A stretch of DNA of 32,000 nucleotides from Nitrosococcus oceani ATCC 19707 (GCF_000012805.1 NC_007484.1:1740001-1772000); one strand, 5' to 3'. Counted from the stretch's first letter, positions 1-8,209 are shown. Numbers and translations: made by a program. The notes: generated by a model not told the origin, from the letters alone.

Positions 1-171
1 ATAATCGGTTCTTGCCCCCCGTTTGATAAGCGCTTGTTGCCCAGGCGCTCGCTTATTGAGACTATTCATGATCAATTCAAAAATATCTCTCAAATTGAGC
101 ACACTCGTCGTCGCAGCATTGCCAATTTCATGGTTAATTTAGTCGCCGGGATGATTGCCTACACCCATTAG
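1..171 (+). CDS. DDE transposase, C-terminal end only (IS982-like); the gene runs off the left edge of the window
   Basis: Frame 1 is open from base 1 to TAG at 169-171 and reads ..[42 protein letters not shown]. It has the R-x3-E-x6-K spacing of the YREK signature of IS4/IS5/IS982-type DDE transposases. The QIEH-x-R-x-RS tail is one I associate with IS982-family proteins. Confidence 0.5.
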   Translation: MIGSCPPFDKRLLPRRSLIETIHDQFKNISQIEHTRRRSIANFMVNLVAGMIAYTH

Positions 172-220
172 CTGCTCAAACCCTCACTTAACCTGACCAA
201 TACAGAAGACGGGCCATCAC

Positions 221-616
221 CTATTTTCCCTGTGGCGGCAACGCCAAGACTTTTCTTGCCTCGTTGGGTGTGAATACCACCGGAAGACGCGACGGCTTTT
301 TTGCCCGTTCCACCTCATCCAGCCATTCCACGTCCTGCTTCAAACCCCCGCGATACAAGAACAGAATGGCGTTGAGCGCCTGATTCTGCGTGGAAGCCGC
401 CACCTTTCCCTTGACGGCGAGATGGGTTAAAAAAGCACTGATCTCCACTTTGCCCATATCGCCAGGGTGGCGCTTGCCATAGAAAAAAATGAAGCGCTTG
501 ATCCAACCCCGATACGCTTGTTCTGCGCGGATGCTGTTGTGCCTGACACGAATAGCCGCCCGCACTTGATCGAGGAGCTTAGGTTGAGACTTGGGTTTGA
601 GATGCTCATGCGTATA
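221..616 (-). pseudogene. intI: Integron-type tyrosine recombinase (IntI), N-terminal SAM-like domain only; catalytic C-terminal two thirds missing
   Basis: Translation reads KLLDQVRAAIRVRHNSIRAEQAYRGWIKRFIFFYGKRHPGDMGKVEISAFLTHLAVKGKVAASTQNQALNAILFLYRGGL..RAKKPSRLPVVFTPNEARKVL. This matches the IntI N-terminal pattern (RHYS-x-RTEQAY..WI-x-RFI..H..RHP..FL..LA..VSASTQNQAL..L-x-FLY). It breaks off about 115 aa in, next to the IS982-like end. No in-frame ATG is present, and the nearby ATG at 607-609 is out of frame. Confidence 0.6.
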
Positions 617-865
617 TCACCGATTAGCAAAACTCAATAACTTCAGCTATAGATATGATATCGGCGGTTTTTTCCTGTTTAAGAGAGAGGAGGCGTCTTA
701 TAAGACGCAGGTCGTAAAATGAATATAAAATAAAGTGGAGGTGCGTATTTGCCAAAACCAATATACGTTGTCAGGGTTAGTAATTATTTGATGTAAGGAT
801 AGAAATAGGGACTGGATGGTGGTCGGTTGCGTATAAAAAGGCGCAACTTAGTCAGTCAATTTCAT

Positions 866-894
866 GATAGGTCGGCGCGAAGCGCCGACCTATC
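866..894. repeat. REP-like perfect hairpin (13-bp stem, GAA loop)
   Basis: The sequence is gataggtcggcgc-gaa-gcgccgacctatc. Its core (gatagg-cggcgc-NNN-gcgccg-cc) recurs in inverted orientation at 918-947. Confidence 0.6.
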
Positions 895-917
895 GGGTCG
901 AAGTTGACCCCCCGGTC

Positions 918-947
918 GCCACGGCGGCGCAAAGCGCCGCCTATCTC
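918..947. repeat. REP-like hairpin unit, copy A
   Basis: The sequence is gccacggcggcgcaaagcgccgcctatctc, with an 8-bp stem ggcggcgc/gcgccgcc and an AAA loop. It matches 2386-2415 at 28 of 30 positions. Confidence 0.6.
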
Positions 948-1101
948 CCGTAGGTAATTTAGGAAGCCAGGTCCAAAGATCTTTTTTAGCAAATTTATTT
1001 GGTAGCGTTAAATTAGGTCTTGTAGTTCTACCCGTTGCTGAGCGCCGAACCCTTGGTTCCTGCTGTGCAGAGCTGCTGATACAACTGCACGAAAATAAGC
1101 T

Positions 1102-1563
1102 GTGTTACCTGAGAGGACTACTACCGTATACATTGATGACAACATCCCCCTTAGCGATGAAGCCAAAGCTCAGCTAGATTCAGTCGGAATCCGCGTTCAT
1201 ACGAATTGCTGTTCAATTGAACACGCCGGCATTCAAGCCGCAGATCATGCATCTCATGCTTTAGGGTCTATGCTCATGGAGCAGATGGGTTTGATAACCA
1301 AACGCGTCAAAGCAGGAGAAAACTCTGGATACCATCCTGACGAATTGATTGAGCTTGGCTTTGAACTATGGGCGAGTCTTCGTTACGCACTATTCGGTAA
1401 CAATGAGTACATAGAGGGGCTTTCATCGCCACCGGATGATCCAGCTAATCCTTATTTTAGAGTCGAGGGTATTGGGTTATACATATCTCCCGACTGCCAA
1501 AAAGATTTAGAGGAGAACTCGCGCCAATGCTTTGGCATCAACTACCTAGGGTGTATCCATTAG
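1102..1563 (+). CDS. Hypothetical protein (cassette-like orphan ORF; GTG start or 5'-truncated)
   Basis: A 153-codon ORF on the cassette strand with low GC. A stop lies immediately upstream of the GTG. I do not confidently recognise a family; a GIQAADHASHALG segment is faintly DUF3800-like. Confidence 0.45.
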   Translation: MLPERTTTVYIDDNIPLSDEAKAQLDSVGIRVHTNCCSIEHAGIQAADHASHALGSMLMEQMGLITKRVKAGENSGYHPDELIELGFELWASLRYALFGNNEYIEGLSSPPDDPANPYFRVEGIGLYISPDCQKDLEENSRQCFGINYLGCIH

Positions 1564-1653
1564 TATGAGCATCAAGCCCATGCTCGCATATGCATCTATT
1601 ACCCAGGAGAACCCACCAGTCAACTCCCCGATTCGGCTTATAGCAGATTAATA

Positions 1654-1848
1654 ATGGTATATTCGTTAGATGATTTAACTAATCTGTTGATTGGAGATCG
1701 AGCTAGATCGACTGTTTCAATTCTGATTGAGGCTGCCGCTAATGCCCTAGGCTTAATAGGTAATGATCTTCGAGCCCCAAGTAAAAAGATGGACCAATTT
1801 GTTGACTCCTACATAGTCAGTGGACGGGATCTCATAGCATCTGCTTAG
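1654..1848 (+). CDS. Hypothetical small protein (64 aa)
   Basis: ATG-initiated ORF on the cassette strand. There is no recognisable domain. Its stop overlaps a gcTTAGGT motif at 1843-1850. Confidence 0.3.
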   Translation: MVYSLDDLTNLLIGDRARSTVSILIEAAANALGLIGNDLRAPSKKMDQFVDSYIVSGRDLIASA

Positions 1849-2385
1849 GTTGCTAAGGACGAAACAGTGCAAAGAACATTATTAGTTCAGGCGATATCAA
1901 AATTAACACAGGGTGCAGCAGCAACCACTGACCTTTATGCTCAAGCTACTGCTCAATATTTTATTGGTGTGTGCTTTTTTGTTTACGGGAATAGGATAAC
2001 GTAATATTTTGGTTTAAGCGCGCACATGATACTCTCGAAAATCATTTTTATGAACTTGATACTAAGGATAATAATGCTCTACGTACTGAAGAAGTCCTAA
2101 CTCTTGCTGCAGGGTTAGGATTGTACTTGAGGAGTCGGAGGAGGAAACGATCCTTGGAGTATCGTCAATTGGTTGTAAAACTAGTTGTTTCTATTGAAGA
2201 AGTGTTAAGAAATTATGGGGTACAATACAAGCCGTTTAGTAAGTTTGACGCTCTCGATAATCCGGACTCTGGCGGTGATATGCCTGCGCCTTAGCTTTGT
2301 CGAACGGCGAAACGGGGTCAAGCTTGAAAAGTTGAATTGTGAACTGGCTAACGAAGTCAATGCACTCGGACTACTCCCTGCGGTT

Positions 2386-2415
2386 GCCACGGCGGCGCAA
2401 AGCGCCACTTATCTC
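2386..2415. repeat. REP-like hairpin unit, copy B
   Basis: The sequence is gccacggcggcgcaaagcgccacttatctc, 28 of 30 identical to 918-947. It lies in a non-coding stretch between cassette-like ORFs. Confidence 0.6.
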
Positions 2416-2503
2416 TCGTTGGAGCGGACACCGCTGCGCAGCTTTCCCCGATAGGCTTAGCTATTTATGTGGTCTATCCGAAATTTAAATAGAGGTGGTG
2501 AAA

Positions 2504-2980
2504 ATGAGTTGGGCTGAGATCTGTCAAGATCCTACGCTAAGGGACCTTCCTTATAAAATTCAGACCGACAAATGGGGAAACATTGTAATGAGTCCTGCCA
2601 CTAATGAGCACGGGATTTATCAAGCCAAAATTGTTGCCTTACTTAGCAAGTTAATGAATGAGGGTACGATAATTTCAGAGTGTTCCGTTCAAACTAGCGA
2701 AGGAATAAAAGTGGCGGATGTGGCTTGGGCTTCAGAGAAATTCATGCAAAATAATAGAGGTAAGAGTCCATTTGATGAAGCACCTGAAATATGCGTAGAG
2801 ATATTGTCACCCTCAAATACCAAAATGGAGATGGAAGAAAAAAAGGAATTATATTTTGCTAGAGGAGCTAAGGAATTCTGGATGTGTGATAAAAAGGGAA
2901 GTATCAGTTTTTACAAAAACACAGGTCCATTAGAACACAGTAATATCATAGAAGGGTTTCCTGGCACGTTATCAGTTTAG
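2504..2980 (+). CDS. Uma2-family (DUF820) PD-(D/E)xK-type endonuclease
   Basis: The ATG at 2504 is preceded by agaggtgg. The product reads ..PYKIQTDKWGNIVMSPATNEHG..VADVAWAS..APEICVEILSPSNTKMEMEEKKELYFARGAKEFWMCD, the typical Uma2 pattern (D..E-x-L-S-P-S..K..Y...G..E-x-W). Confidence 0.75.
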   Translation: MSWAEICQDPTLRDLPYKIQTDKWGNIVMSPATNEHGIYQAKIVALLSKLMNEGTIISECSVQTSEGIKVADVAWASEKFMQNNRGKSPFDEAPEICVEILSPSNTKMEMEEKKELYFARGAKEFWMCDKKGSISFYKNTGPLEHSNIIEGFPGTLSV

Positions 2981-3040
2981 CCTAACTCGGCGCTGCACCG
3001 GAGGCCGCTAGCGCGGCCCCGGTGAGCTTGGTCGTTAGGT
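2981..3040 (+). other. attC recombination site (canonical)
   Basis: It starts one base after the Uma2 stop. It has the inverse core gCCTAAC at 2980-2986 (the first g is the last base of the stop codon), the core GTTAGGT at 3034-3040, imperfectly paired inner arms (tcggcgctgcaccgg / ccggtgagcttggtc) and a central palindrome ggccgc-tagc-gcggcc. Length is 60 bp. Confidence 0.65.
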
Positions 3041-3104
3041 TTTTCTGTACCTTGCCTTTTACATCATCAATAGTATGATAATAAATCATACTTAGAGGTG
3101 ATAC

Positions 3105-3347
3105 ATGAGCAAGGCGAAAATTGCGATCACGATTGATAAACCCATTCTGGCGCGCATTGATAGGCTGGTAGCCAAGCAAGTCTTCTCCAGCCGCAGCCAG
3201 GCTATTGAAGCAGCAGTAGAGGAGAAAATTGAGCGTCTAGCGCACGGGCGACTTGCACGGGAGTGCGCCAAACTCGATCCTGCCTTTGAAAAGGCGTTAG
3301 CTGAAGAAGGGCTCTCCCAGGAGTTGGATGAGTGGCCCGAATATTAA
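3105..3347 (+). CDS. Ribbon-helix-helix (CopG-type) antitoxin partnered with a MazF-family toxin
   Basis: The product reads [40 protein letters not shown].., i.e. beta strand, helix, helix. It overlaps the toxin gene by 16 nt. Confidence 0.8.
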   Translation: MSKAKIAITIDKPILARIDRLVAKQVFSSRSQAIEAAVEEKIERLAHGRLARECAKLDPAFEKALAEEGLSQELDEWPEY

Positions 3348-3670
3348 GAGGCGATATCCGCTGGGCTGATCTCAATCCCACTCGGGGTTATGAGCAGGCC
3401 GGTTTTCGGCCGGTGGTTATCCTCAGCCACGATATCTTTAACGAACGCTCCAGCACAGTCATCGCTATGGCGATTACTAGCCAGCCTCAGCGAGCCGGTT
3501 TTCCGTTAACTCTGGAATTACATTCAGGGGGTCTGCCTAAGCGTTCGTGGGTTAAGATCAGTCAGATTCGCACTTTGTCTGTTGAGCGGATTGGCAAGAA
3601 GATCGGGAGAACATCGCCTGAAGAGTTAGCTCAGCTTGTCGAAGGGTTAAATGAAATCATCGTAACCTAA
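3332..3670 (+). CDS. mazF: PemK/MazF-family type II toxin (mRNA interferase)
   Basis: The product reads [55 protein letters not shown], which matches the MazF/PemK signature. Confidence 0.85.
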   Translation: MARILRGDIRWADLNPTRGYEQAGFRPVVILSHDIFNERSSTVIAMAITSQPQRAGFPLTLELHSGGLPKRSWVKISQIRTLSVERIGKKIGRTSPEELAQLVEGLNEIIVT

Positions 3671-3714
3671 CTTGGCGCTCAACTCGGAAAAACAGATAAT
3701 TCCTACGCTTAGGT
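3666..3714 (+). other. Degenerate attC-like site
   Basis: The 5' half cctaacttggcgctcaactcgg is homologous to the 5' half of the attC at 2981 (cctaactcggcgctgcaccgg). The 3' end carries cTTAGGT instead of GTTAGGT, and internal pairing is poor. Confidence 0.35.
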
Positions 3715-3752
3715 AAATTATAGACTCTGTAAAGAATATTGAGGAAAGGAGT

Positions 3753-4106
3753 GTGGCGTCGGAGGACAAAAAAACTAAAAATTTCTGGGAGAAATTGTCT
3801 TCGGTATCTACTCTTATATCAGGAGTATTGATAGCAGGAATTGGCCTTTGGGCAACACAAACTTACGACTATCGGCAATTGGAAATTAATAAACTTTCGG
3901 CGTTAGACAAACTTAGACCCCTCTTGATTTCAGAGAATCCTAATGAACGAGTATTTGCTTACTCTGCATTTGTCACACTTGAACATGAGGAACTTACTAT
4001 TCGAATGATCTCCCAAAATCAAGATGAAGCGGGAAAAAAATTCTTACGAATCTGGCAAAGAAATCAGAAAAAAATACCATACGAAGCTCTGCCAGAGAAA
4101 CGCTGA
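3753..4106 (+). CDS. Hypothetical membrane-anchored protein
   Basis: A 117-codon ORF with GTG start and one N-terminal hydrophobic helix (VSTLISGVLIAGIGLWA). It may be the head of the broken gene that follows. Confidence 0.4.
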   Translation: MASEDKKTKNFWEKLSSVSTLISGVLIAGIGLWATQTYDYRQLEINKLSALDKLRPLLISENPNERVFAYSAFVTLEHEELTIRMISQNQDEAGKKFLRIWQRNQKKIPYEALPEKR

Positions 4107-4126
4107 CGGCTTTAGAAAGGATCTAG

Positions 4127-5026
4127 GTACTTGATAATGCGGACCCGGACTATACGAACCCTCCGTTTGGCGACACGTTGTCTTTATTGAATAACACCGG
4201 GAATGTAACCAAAACTATTCGCGGATTTAATATCGCTCAGACAGTAGGAAATCATAAACTAATAGCTGCGTCTCCTGATGGTAGCTACGTCCTTGTTGCT
4301 GAAAATGTCAGCGGCAAACTCTCAAAGTACGACGGAGCACTTAATATGGCTTGATCTACGACATATCCCGATGGGGAGATTGGTATGGAGACAGTAGCTA
4401 TTTCTTCGTCAGGTTATGCATATGTTCTTACTAGTAGTGGCACCATATATGGACATAGCATTCTTCGGGTTGATCCCACTGATGGAACAACCTTGGGTGG
4501 AGCGGCCTTCGGAGGGTTTGATGTTGCCATAGATGATACGAATTATGCTATCTGGATCGTCGGGGCTGATGTAAAGAAACTCAATATCTTCTTAGAGCAA
4601 GAATGCGCGCTTGATCCGGTCGAATGGACTGCCGTTTCTGTTGATTTTGATTCGAGTGGTTCTATATGGATTGCAGAAAGAAAGCACTCGTAAGTAGAGG
4701 GTAGTAAAAATAGACTTCTGAAGGTAGATACAAATTTTAATATAATCAAGGTCATCGATCTTCTTTCTACTCCGCGGGCCGTTAAAGTAGACAGGCGAGA
4801 TGACACTATATGGGCGATCATCGGAAAAAAACTATACAAGTTCACCAAAGACGGAAATGAGATTTTACATACCGAGGAGCGAGTCGATAGCATAACTCTT
4901 AACGAATAGGACAGTACTGTATGGGCTGCTGGATTTAAAGAAGTCCTTCATTATAGTAGCGATGGAAGACTCCTTCTAAGAAAAGGCGGATTTTCGGGTG
5001 ACCAAAAATACATCGTAATATCCTAG
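4127..5026 (+). pseudogene. Beta-propeller-like repeat protein, broken by frameshifts and in-frame stops
   Basis: Consecutive fragments in different frames carry repeats of one type: SPDGSYVLVAEN, SSGYAYVLTSSGTIYG, DTNYAIWIVGAD, DSSGSIWIAE, RRDDTIWAII, DSTVWAAGF..YSSDGRLL. They are separated by stops at 4352-4354, 4691-4693 and around 4907. Confidence 0.5.
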
Positions 5027-5164
5027 GATGGAAAGTAGAATCATTATTAGCCTGTTCCCTTATTCCGTAAGAAGAGGCGATCTTGTTTAGTTTTCTCGCT
5101 AGCAGTGCTGGCTGGCTTTGGCGTTTTGCCATGACTGATTGCGGTTCGGTCCCTCCTTACCTTG

Positions 5165-6306
5165 TCAGCCTGGAGAATTCGCGTTTCTCAGCGGTCCTCG
5201 GGCGGTGGCTAGGCCACGGCCCTTGGGGTCTTGACCGCTCCACCTGCCTGCAGCAGGCAGGCGCACTTTAGAGGTTCCGGCGCTCCCCGCCGTACCGAAC
5301 AACACAACATTTTTGGCTGCGTTGATGTCCCTATCGTGGACAGCCCCACATTCACACACCCATTCACGGACTTTGCTGGTGGATGCCCAACGGTCCACGA
5401 TAAAAACATCACGGCCCTACCATTGGGCCTTATATTCAACCTGCCGCCGCAGTTCATACAGGCCACAGTCCGCAATGGCTCTGCTCAGGCGGCGGTTTCT
5501 TAACATTCCTTTGATATTCAAATCCTCCAGGCAAATCACTAGGTTCTCGCTCATCAACCTGTTGGATATTTAGTGCAAAAAATCCCGGCGGCTGTCTTTA
5601 ATCCGGGCATGGATTCGAGCGAGGCGGACTTGTTGCCTGCGCCTCCGCTGAGAGCCTTTCTTCTTGCTAGAGAGTCTGCGCTGCGCCATTCTCAGTTGCC
5701 GGGCATAGCGGTAAGTGTATTTAAGCGCGCCAGACCTCCACCCCTCGGAGGTGATGACCACATCCTTCACGCCGCATCCACACCGAAGGCATTCCTCCGC
5801 GCCAGCAGCCCATTCATCTCCACCTCACAGGCCATGCTGACGAAATAACGGCCCGCAGGGTCTTTATTCACCGTCACCACCTTGGGAATACCGCCTACCT
5901 CGCACGACCATTTCAACTTCAGCGCCCCAAGCTTGGGCAATATCAATCTCGTGCTCTCGGCGTTGAACTTCTTCGCTACATGGCGCTGGTCCAGTTGATA
6001 GCGTACCGATGGGGTGTGGTGGTGGCTTTTAAAGCGATGATAGCGAGCACGGCCAGAAAAGAAGTTCCTGAAAGCCGTGTCCTGTTCTTTGAGCTTTTTA
6101 GGTAGGGCAACCGGCGGTGGCTTCGCTAAAAGCCAAGGGCACGCCGTTTGCTTTAGCGCCGTCAACTGACGGTTCAGGATCGAATAGTTCAGCGACTCTT
6201 TGCTCTCCTTATACGCCTTCGTTCTCGTCTCCAGCGCCCAATTCCACACAAACCGGGCATGGCCGAACTCAATGGCCAATTGCCGCTTCTGCGTAGGCGC
6301 GCTATG
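5165..6306 (-). pseudogene. tnpB: tnpB (IS605 OrfB / RNA-guided nuclease family), inactivated
   Basis: Fragments read PTQKRQLAIEFGHARFVWNWALE..; GVDAA* (a 1-nt deletion in the GVDxGxKD RuvC-I motif near 5767); ..RRDFLH*ISNRLMSENLVICLEDLNIKGM.. (TAA stop, canonical RuvC-II E-D); YKAQW* (TAG); [17 protein letters not shown] (zinc finger and RuvC-III). About the first 10 codons are missing. Confidence 0.85.
5243..5261. repeat. 19-nt perfect palindrome, right-end copy
   Basis: The sequence is cctgcctgc-a-gcaggcagg, identical to the core of the hairpin at 6510-6540. Confidence 0.7.
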
Positions 6307-6347
6307 CTAATATACAACAATTGTAATACAATGGTTAGGTGATCGCA

Positions 6348-6500
6348 ATGGCAAAAGCATTGTTAAATGCGCGCATCGATTCCGCGCTCAAAAAGAAGCT
6401 TCAAACTTTAGCGGAAAGAGAAAACCGAACGCTATCCAATCTCGTCGAGACCGTGCTGGCTACTTACGTGAAACGCGAATTGATGGCAAAACGCAAGTAA
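6348..6500 (+). CDS. Small ribbon-helix-helix (CopG/Arc-like) DNA-binding protein, 50 aa
   Basis: This ORF is not in the supplied track because it is under 60 aa. The ATG at 6348 is preceded by AGGTGA with 6-nt spacing. The product is MAKALLNARIDSALKKKLQTLAERENRTLSNLVETVLATYVKRELMAKRK, with a strand (LNARID) followed by two helices. It is divergent from the tnpB pseudogene across about 41 bp. Confidence 0.6.
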   Translation: MAKALLNARIDSALKKKLQTLAERENRTLSNLVETVLATYVKRELMAKRK

Positions 6501-6509
6501 GGCGGCCCT

Positions 6510-6540
6510 CGCCTCCCTGCCTGCAGCAGGCAGGGAGGCG
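6510..6540. repeat. 31-nt perfect palindrome (left-end hairpin of the element and/or terminator of the RHH gene)
   Basis: The sequence is cgcctccctgcctgc-a-gcaggcagggaggcg, beginning 10 nt after the RHH stop. There is no T-tract afterwards, so it is not a textbook intrinsic terminator. Confidence 0.6.
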
Positions 6541-6560
6541 TCGTACATCCCTGTACTCCT

Positions 6561-7526
6561 TCAATGCCAAAGACCCGTAATATGCCAATGAGGTTTTCTT
6601 CTTACCCGAATAAAATGCGGGGGGAGTTGGAAGGTAGCCTCCCCTAGGCTAGGCACGAAGGAAGCGCTAGCGGGCGGTTTCGGCTTCAACGATAAAAGCC
6701 GTTGTATGCGTTCTTCAGTTCGAGGATGGGTGCGGAGTAATGAGGGCTCTGGGCTATGGCGATCTGGCGTCAGCAGACGTTCCAGCAATCCCCTATGTTG
6801 CCGTTCTAATTTAACTAGCGCTGAGGCAAGACCTTGGGGATCTCCCGTAAGATTAACGGCGCTTAAATCAGCGTCAAATTCGCGAGTTCGGGAGAGGGCG
6901 AGTTGCAGTAACGCGCTGATAGTGGGGGCAAGGATGAGCAGCAGGATGGCAAGCCACGAAAGACTCGTTTTGGTCAACAAAAATAAAGGTAGATTAATCA
7001 CTACTAACAGTTGCCCAAGAAGGGAGAGGGCATGGGTCATGCGACTGGCTAGATCGGCGAGTGTCATGACCCATATATCATTGTTGCGAATATGACCAAT
7101 TTCATGCGCCAGCACTCCCGCCAATTCCCGTAAGGTAAGTTGACGTAATAGGCCATCGGTAATAGCAATGACGGCGTCGGTACGCTTCCCCACTGTAAAT
7201 GCGTTTATAATCTGGCTAGGGATATAATAGAGAACGGGTGTTTGTAATAGGCCAGCCCGTTTTGCTAATTCCTGAGCGAGTGTGTAAAGCTGAGGGGCAT
7301 CGTAGGGTGTTAGACGGCGGCCCCCGTACATGCCAAGGAGCAAGCGGGGTGGGATTTTGGGACCAAGTGCCAGTAGGAATATACCGCTCGCCACAGTCCC
7401 TATCATGAATAGAGGCCCCCCTAAAAACCATCCGGGCATGGCAAGCAATAGAATCATGCCTAGTAACAATAACGCGGACTGGAGCCAATTCGTTATTCTA
7501 TGTTTCAGCAGGTGGTCTGTCTGCAT
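6561..7526 (-). CDS. htpX: M48-family zinc metalloprotease, HtpX-like
   Basis: It has the HEXXH motif in LAHEIGHIRNNDIW, four or more hydrophobic helices and REFDADLSAVNLTGDPQGLASALVKLE. I place the start at the ATG at 7526 (MQTDHLL..). The 54 extra codons in the track ORF lie in an AT-rich promoter-like region. Confidence 0.8.
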   Translation of the reverse strand: MQTDHLLKHRITNWLQSALLLLGMILLLAMPGWFLGGPLFMIGTVASGIFLLALGPKIPPRLLLGMYGGRRLTPYDAPQLYTLAQELAKRAGLLQTPVLYYIPSQIINAFTVGKRTDAVIAITDGLLRQLTLRELAGVLAHEIGHIRNNDIWVMTLADLASRMTHALSLLGQLLVVINLPLFLLTKTSLSWLAILLLILAPTISALLQLALSRTREFDADLSAVNLTGDPQGLASALVKLERQHRGLLERLLTPDRHSPEPSLLRTHPRTEERIQRLLSLKPKPPASASFVPSLGEATFQLPPHFIRVRRKPHWHITGLWH

Positions 7527-7583
7527 GGAAAGGACCTGAAGTAAAAAGATTATTGTACCTATTAATTTTAAAAAATTAATAGG

Positions 7584-7611
7584 TTGAAAATCGATTCCTG
7601 TAGCTCTATAT
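7584..7611 (+). promoter_or_regulatory. Candidate sigma-32 (heat-shock) promoter for hsp20
   Basis: The sequence gTTGAAA-N14-CTCTATAT compares with the consensus CTTGAAA-N13-14-CCCCATNT. It lies about 75 nt upstream of the hsp20 start. Confidence 0.3.
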
Positions 7612-7687
7612 AAAAAGTTAATCCTGGTATGTATCACGATAACAGGAGAAATAGTTATTGGATAGAAATATAGGTTTGAGGAGAGCA

Positions 7688-8209
7688 ATGATGGCTAAAG
7701 ACAAAAGGAGTAAGGAAGTGGCCCATTCGGAACCACGGCAGGAAGTACGGTCGGGAAGCGTCACGCATGGGCTGAGTCCTTTCGAGGAAATGGATCAGAT
7801 TTTTGAGCGCTTTTTCCCGCGGGGATGGCTGCAGCCATTTCGCCGGGAATGGCCGATGAGAAATGAACTAATGACACCCTTTGAAGTACAGATGCCCCGC
7901 GTGGATGTTATTGATCGGGACGAAGAAGTGGTGGTGCGCGCCGAGATACCCGGCGTGGATAAAAAAGATCTGGATGTCTCGGTGACCGAGAATACGGTGA
8001 CTATCAACGGCCATAGATCTGCCGAGGAAGAGGAAGATACGGGCGACTACTACCGCCGGGAAATTTCCCGAGGCGCTTTTTCGCGTACGGTGATGTTGCC
8101 GAGAGAAGTGGATGGCGAAAAAGCGAAAGTCTCCTTCAAGGAAGGAACCCTAGAACTCATTCTACCTAAGGTAGAAAAATCAAAGCGGCATAAAATCAAG
8201 GTTGAATAA
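7688..8209 (+). CDS. Small heat-shock protein, Hsp20/alpha-crystallin family
   Basis: The ATG at 7688 is preceded by GAGGAGAG. The alpha-crystallin domain reads VDVIDRDEEVVVRAEIPGVDKKDLDVSV..GAFSRTVMLPREVDGEKAKVSFKEGTLELILPK. Confidence 0.9.
   Translation: MMAKDKRSKEVAHSEPRQEVRSGSVTHGLSPFEEMDQIFERFFPRGWLQPFRREWPMRNELMTPFEVQMPRVDVIDRDEEVVVRAEIPGVDKKDLDVSVTENTVTINGHRSAEEEEDTGDYYRREISRGAFSRTVMLPREVDGEKAKVSFKEGTLELILPKVEKSKRHKIKVE

Larger units (their letters stand above)
5165..6545 (-). mobile_element. Decayed IS200/IS605-type tnpB element with a divergent RHH gene (boundaries approximate)
   Basis: A tnpB pseudogene plus an RHH ORF, flanked by two copies of the identical 19-nt palindrome cctgcctgcagcaggcagg (5243-5261 and within 6510-6540). 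There is no tnpA. Confidence 0.5.

Noticed and set aside
866-947. The composite palindrome considered as attI or attC.
   Set aside because: It lacks the RYYYAAC / GTTRRRY cores and has perfect GC-rich stems without extrahelical bases. It fits a REP-type repeat better.
2205-2454. The overlapping ORFs 2205-2408 (-) and 2215-2454 (+).
   Set aside because: They are mutually antisense, contain the REP-like repeat at 2386-2415, and have no recognisable domain or ribosome-binding site. They are probably non-coding spacer.
5083-5848. The + strand ORFs 5083-5271, 5231-5503, 5313-5573 and 5573-5848, and the minus-strand 5209-5475.
   Set aside because: These are shadow or alternative-frame ORFs across the tnpB pseudogene. 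The recognisable TnpB motifs are all on the minus strand, in shifting frames.
7527-7688. The N-terminal 54 codons of the 375-aa track ORF for the M48 protease.
   Set aside because: This stretch is AT-rich and low-complexity (..NLYFYPITISPVIVIH..). It overlaps the hsp20 promoter and start region. Protease similarity starts after the internal Met at 7526.
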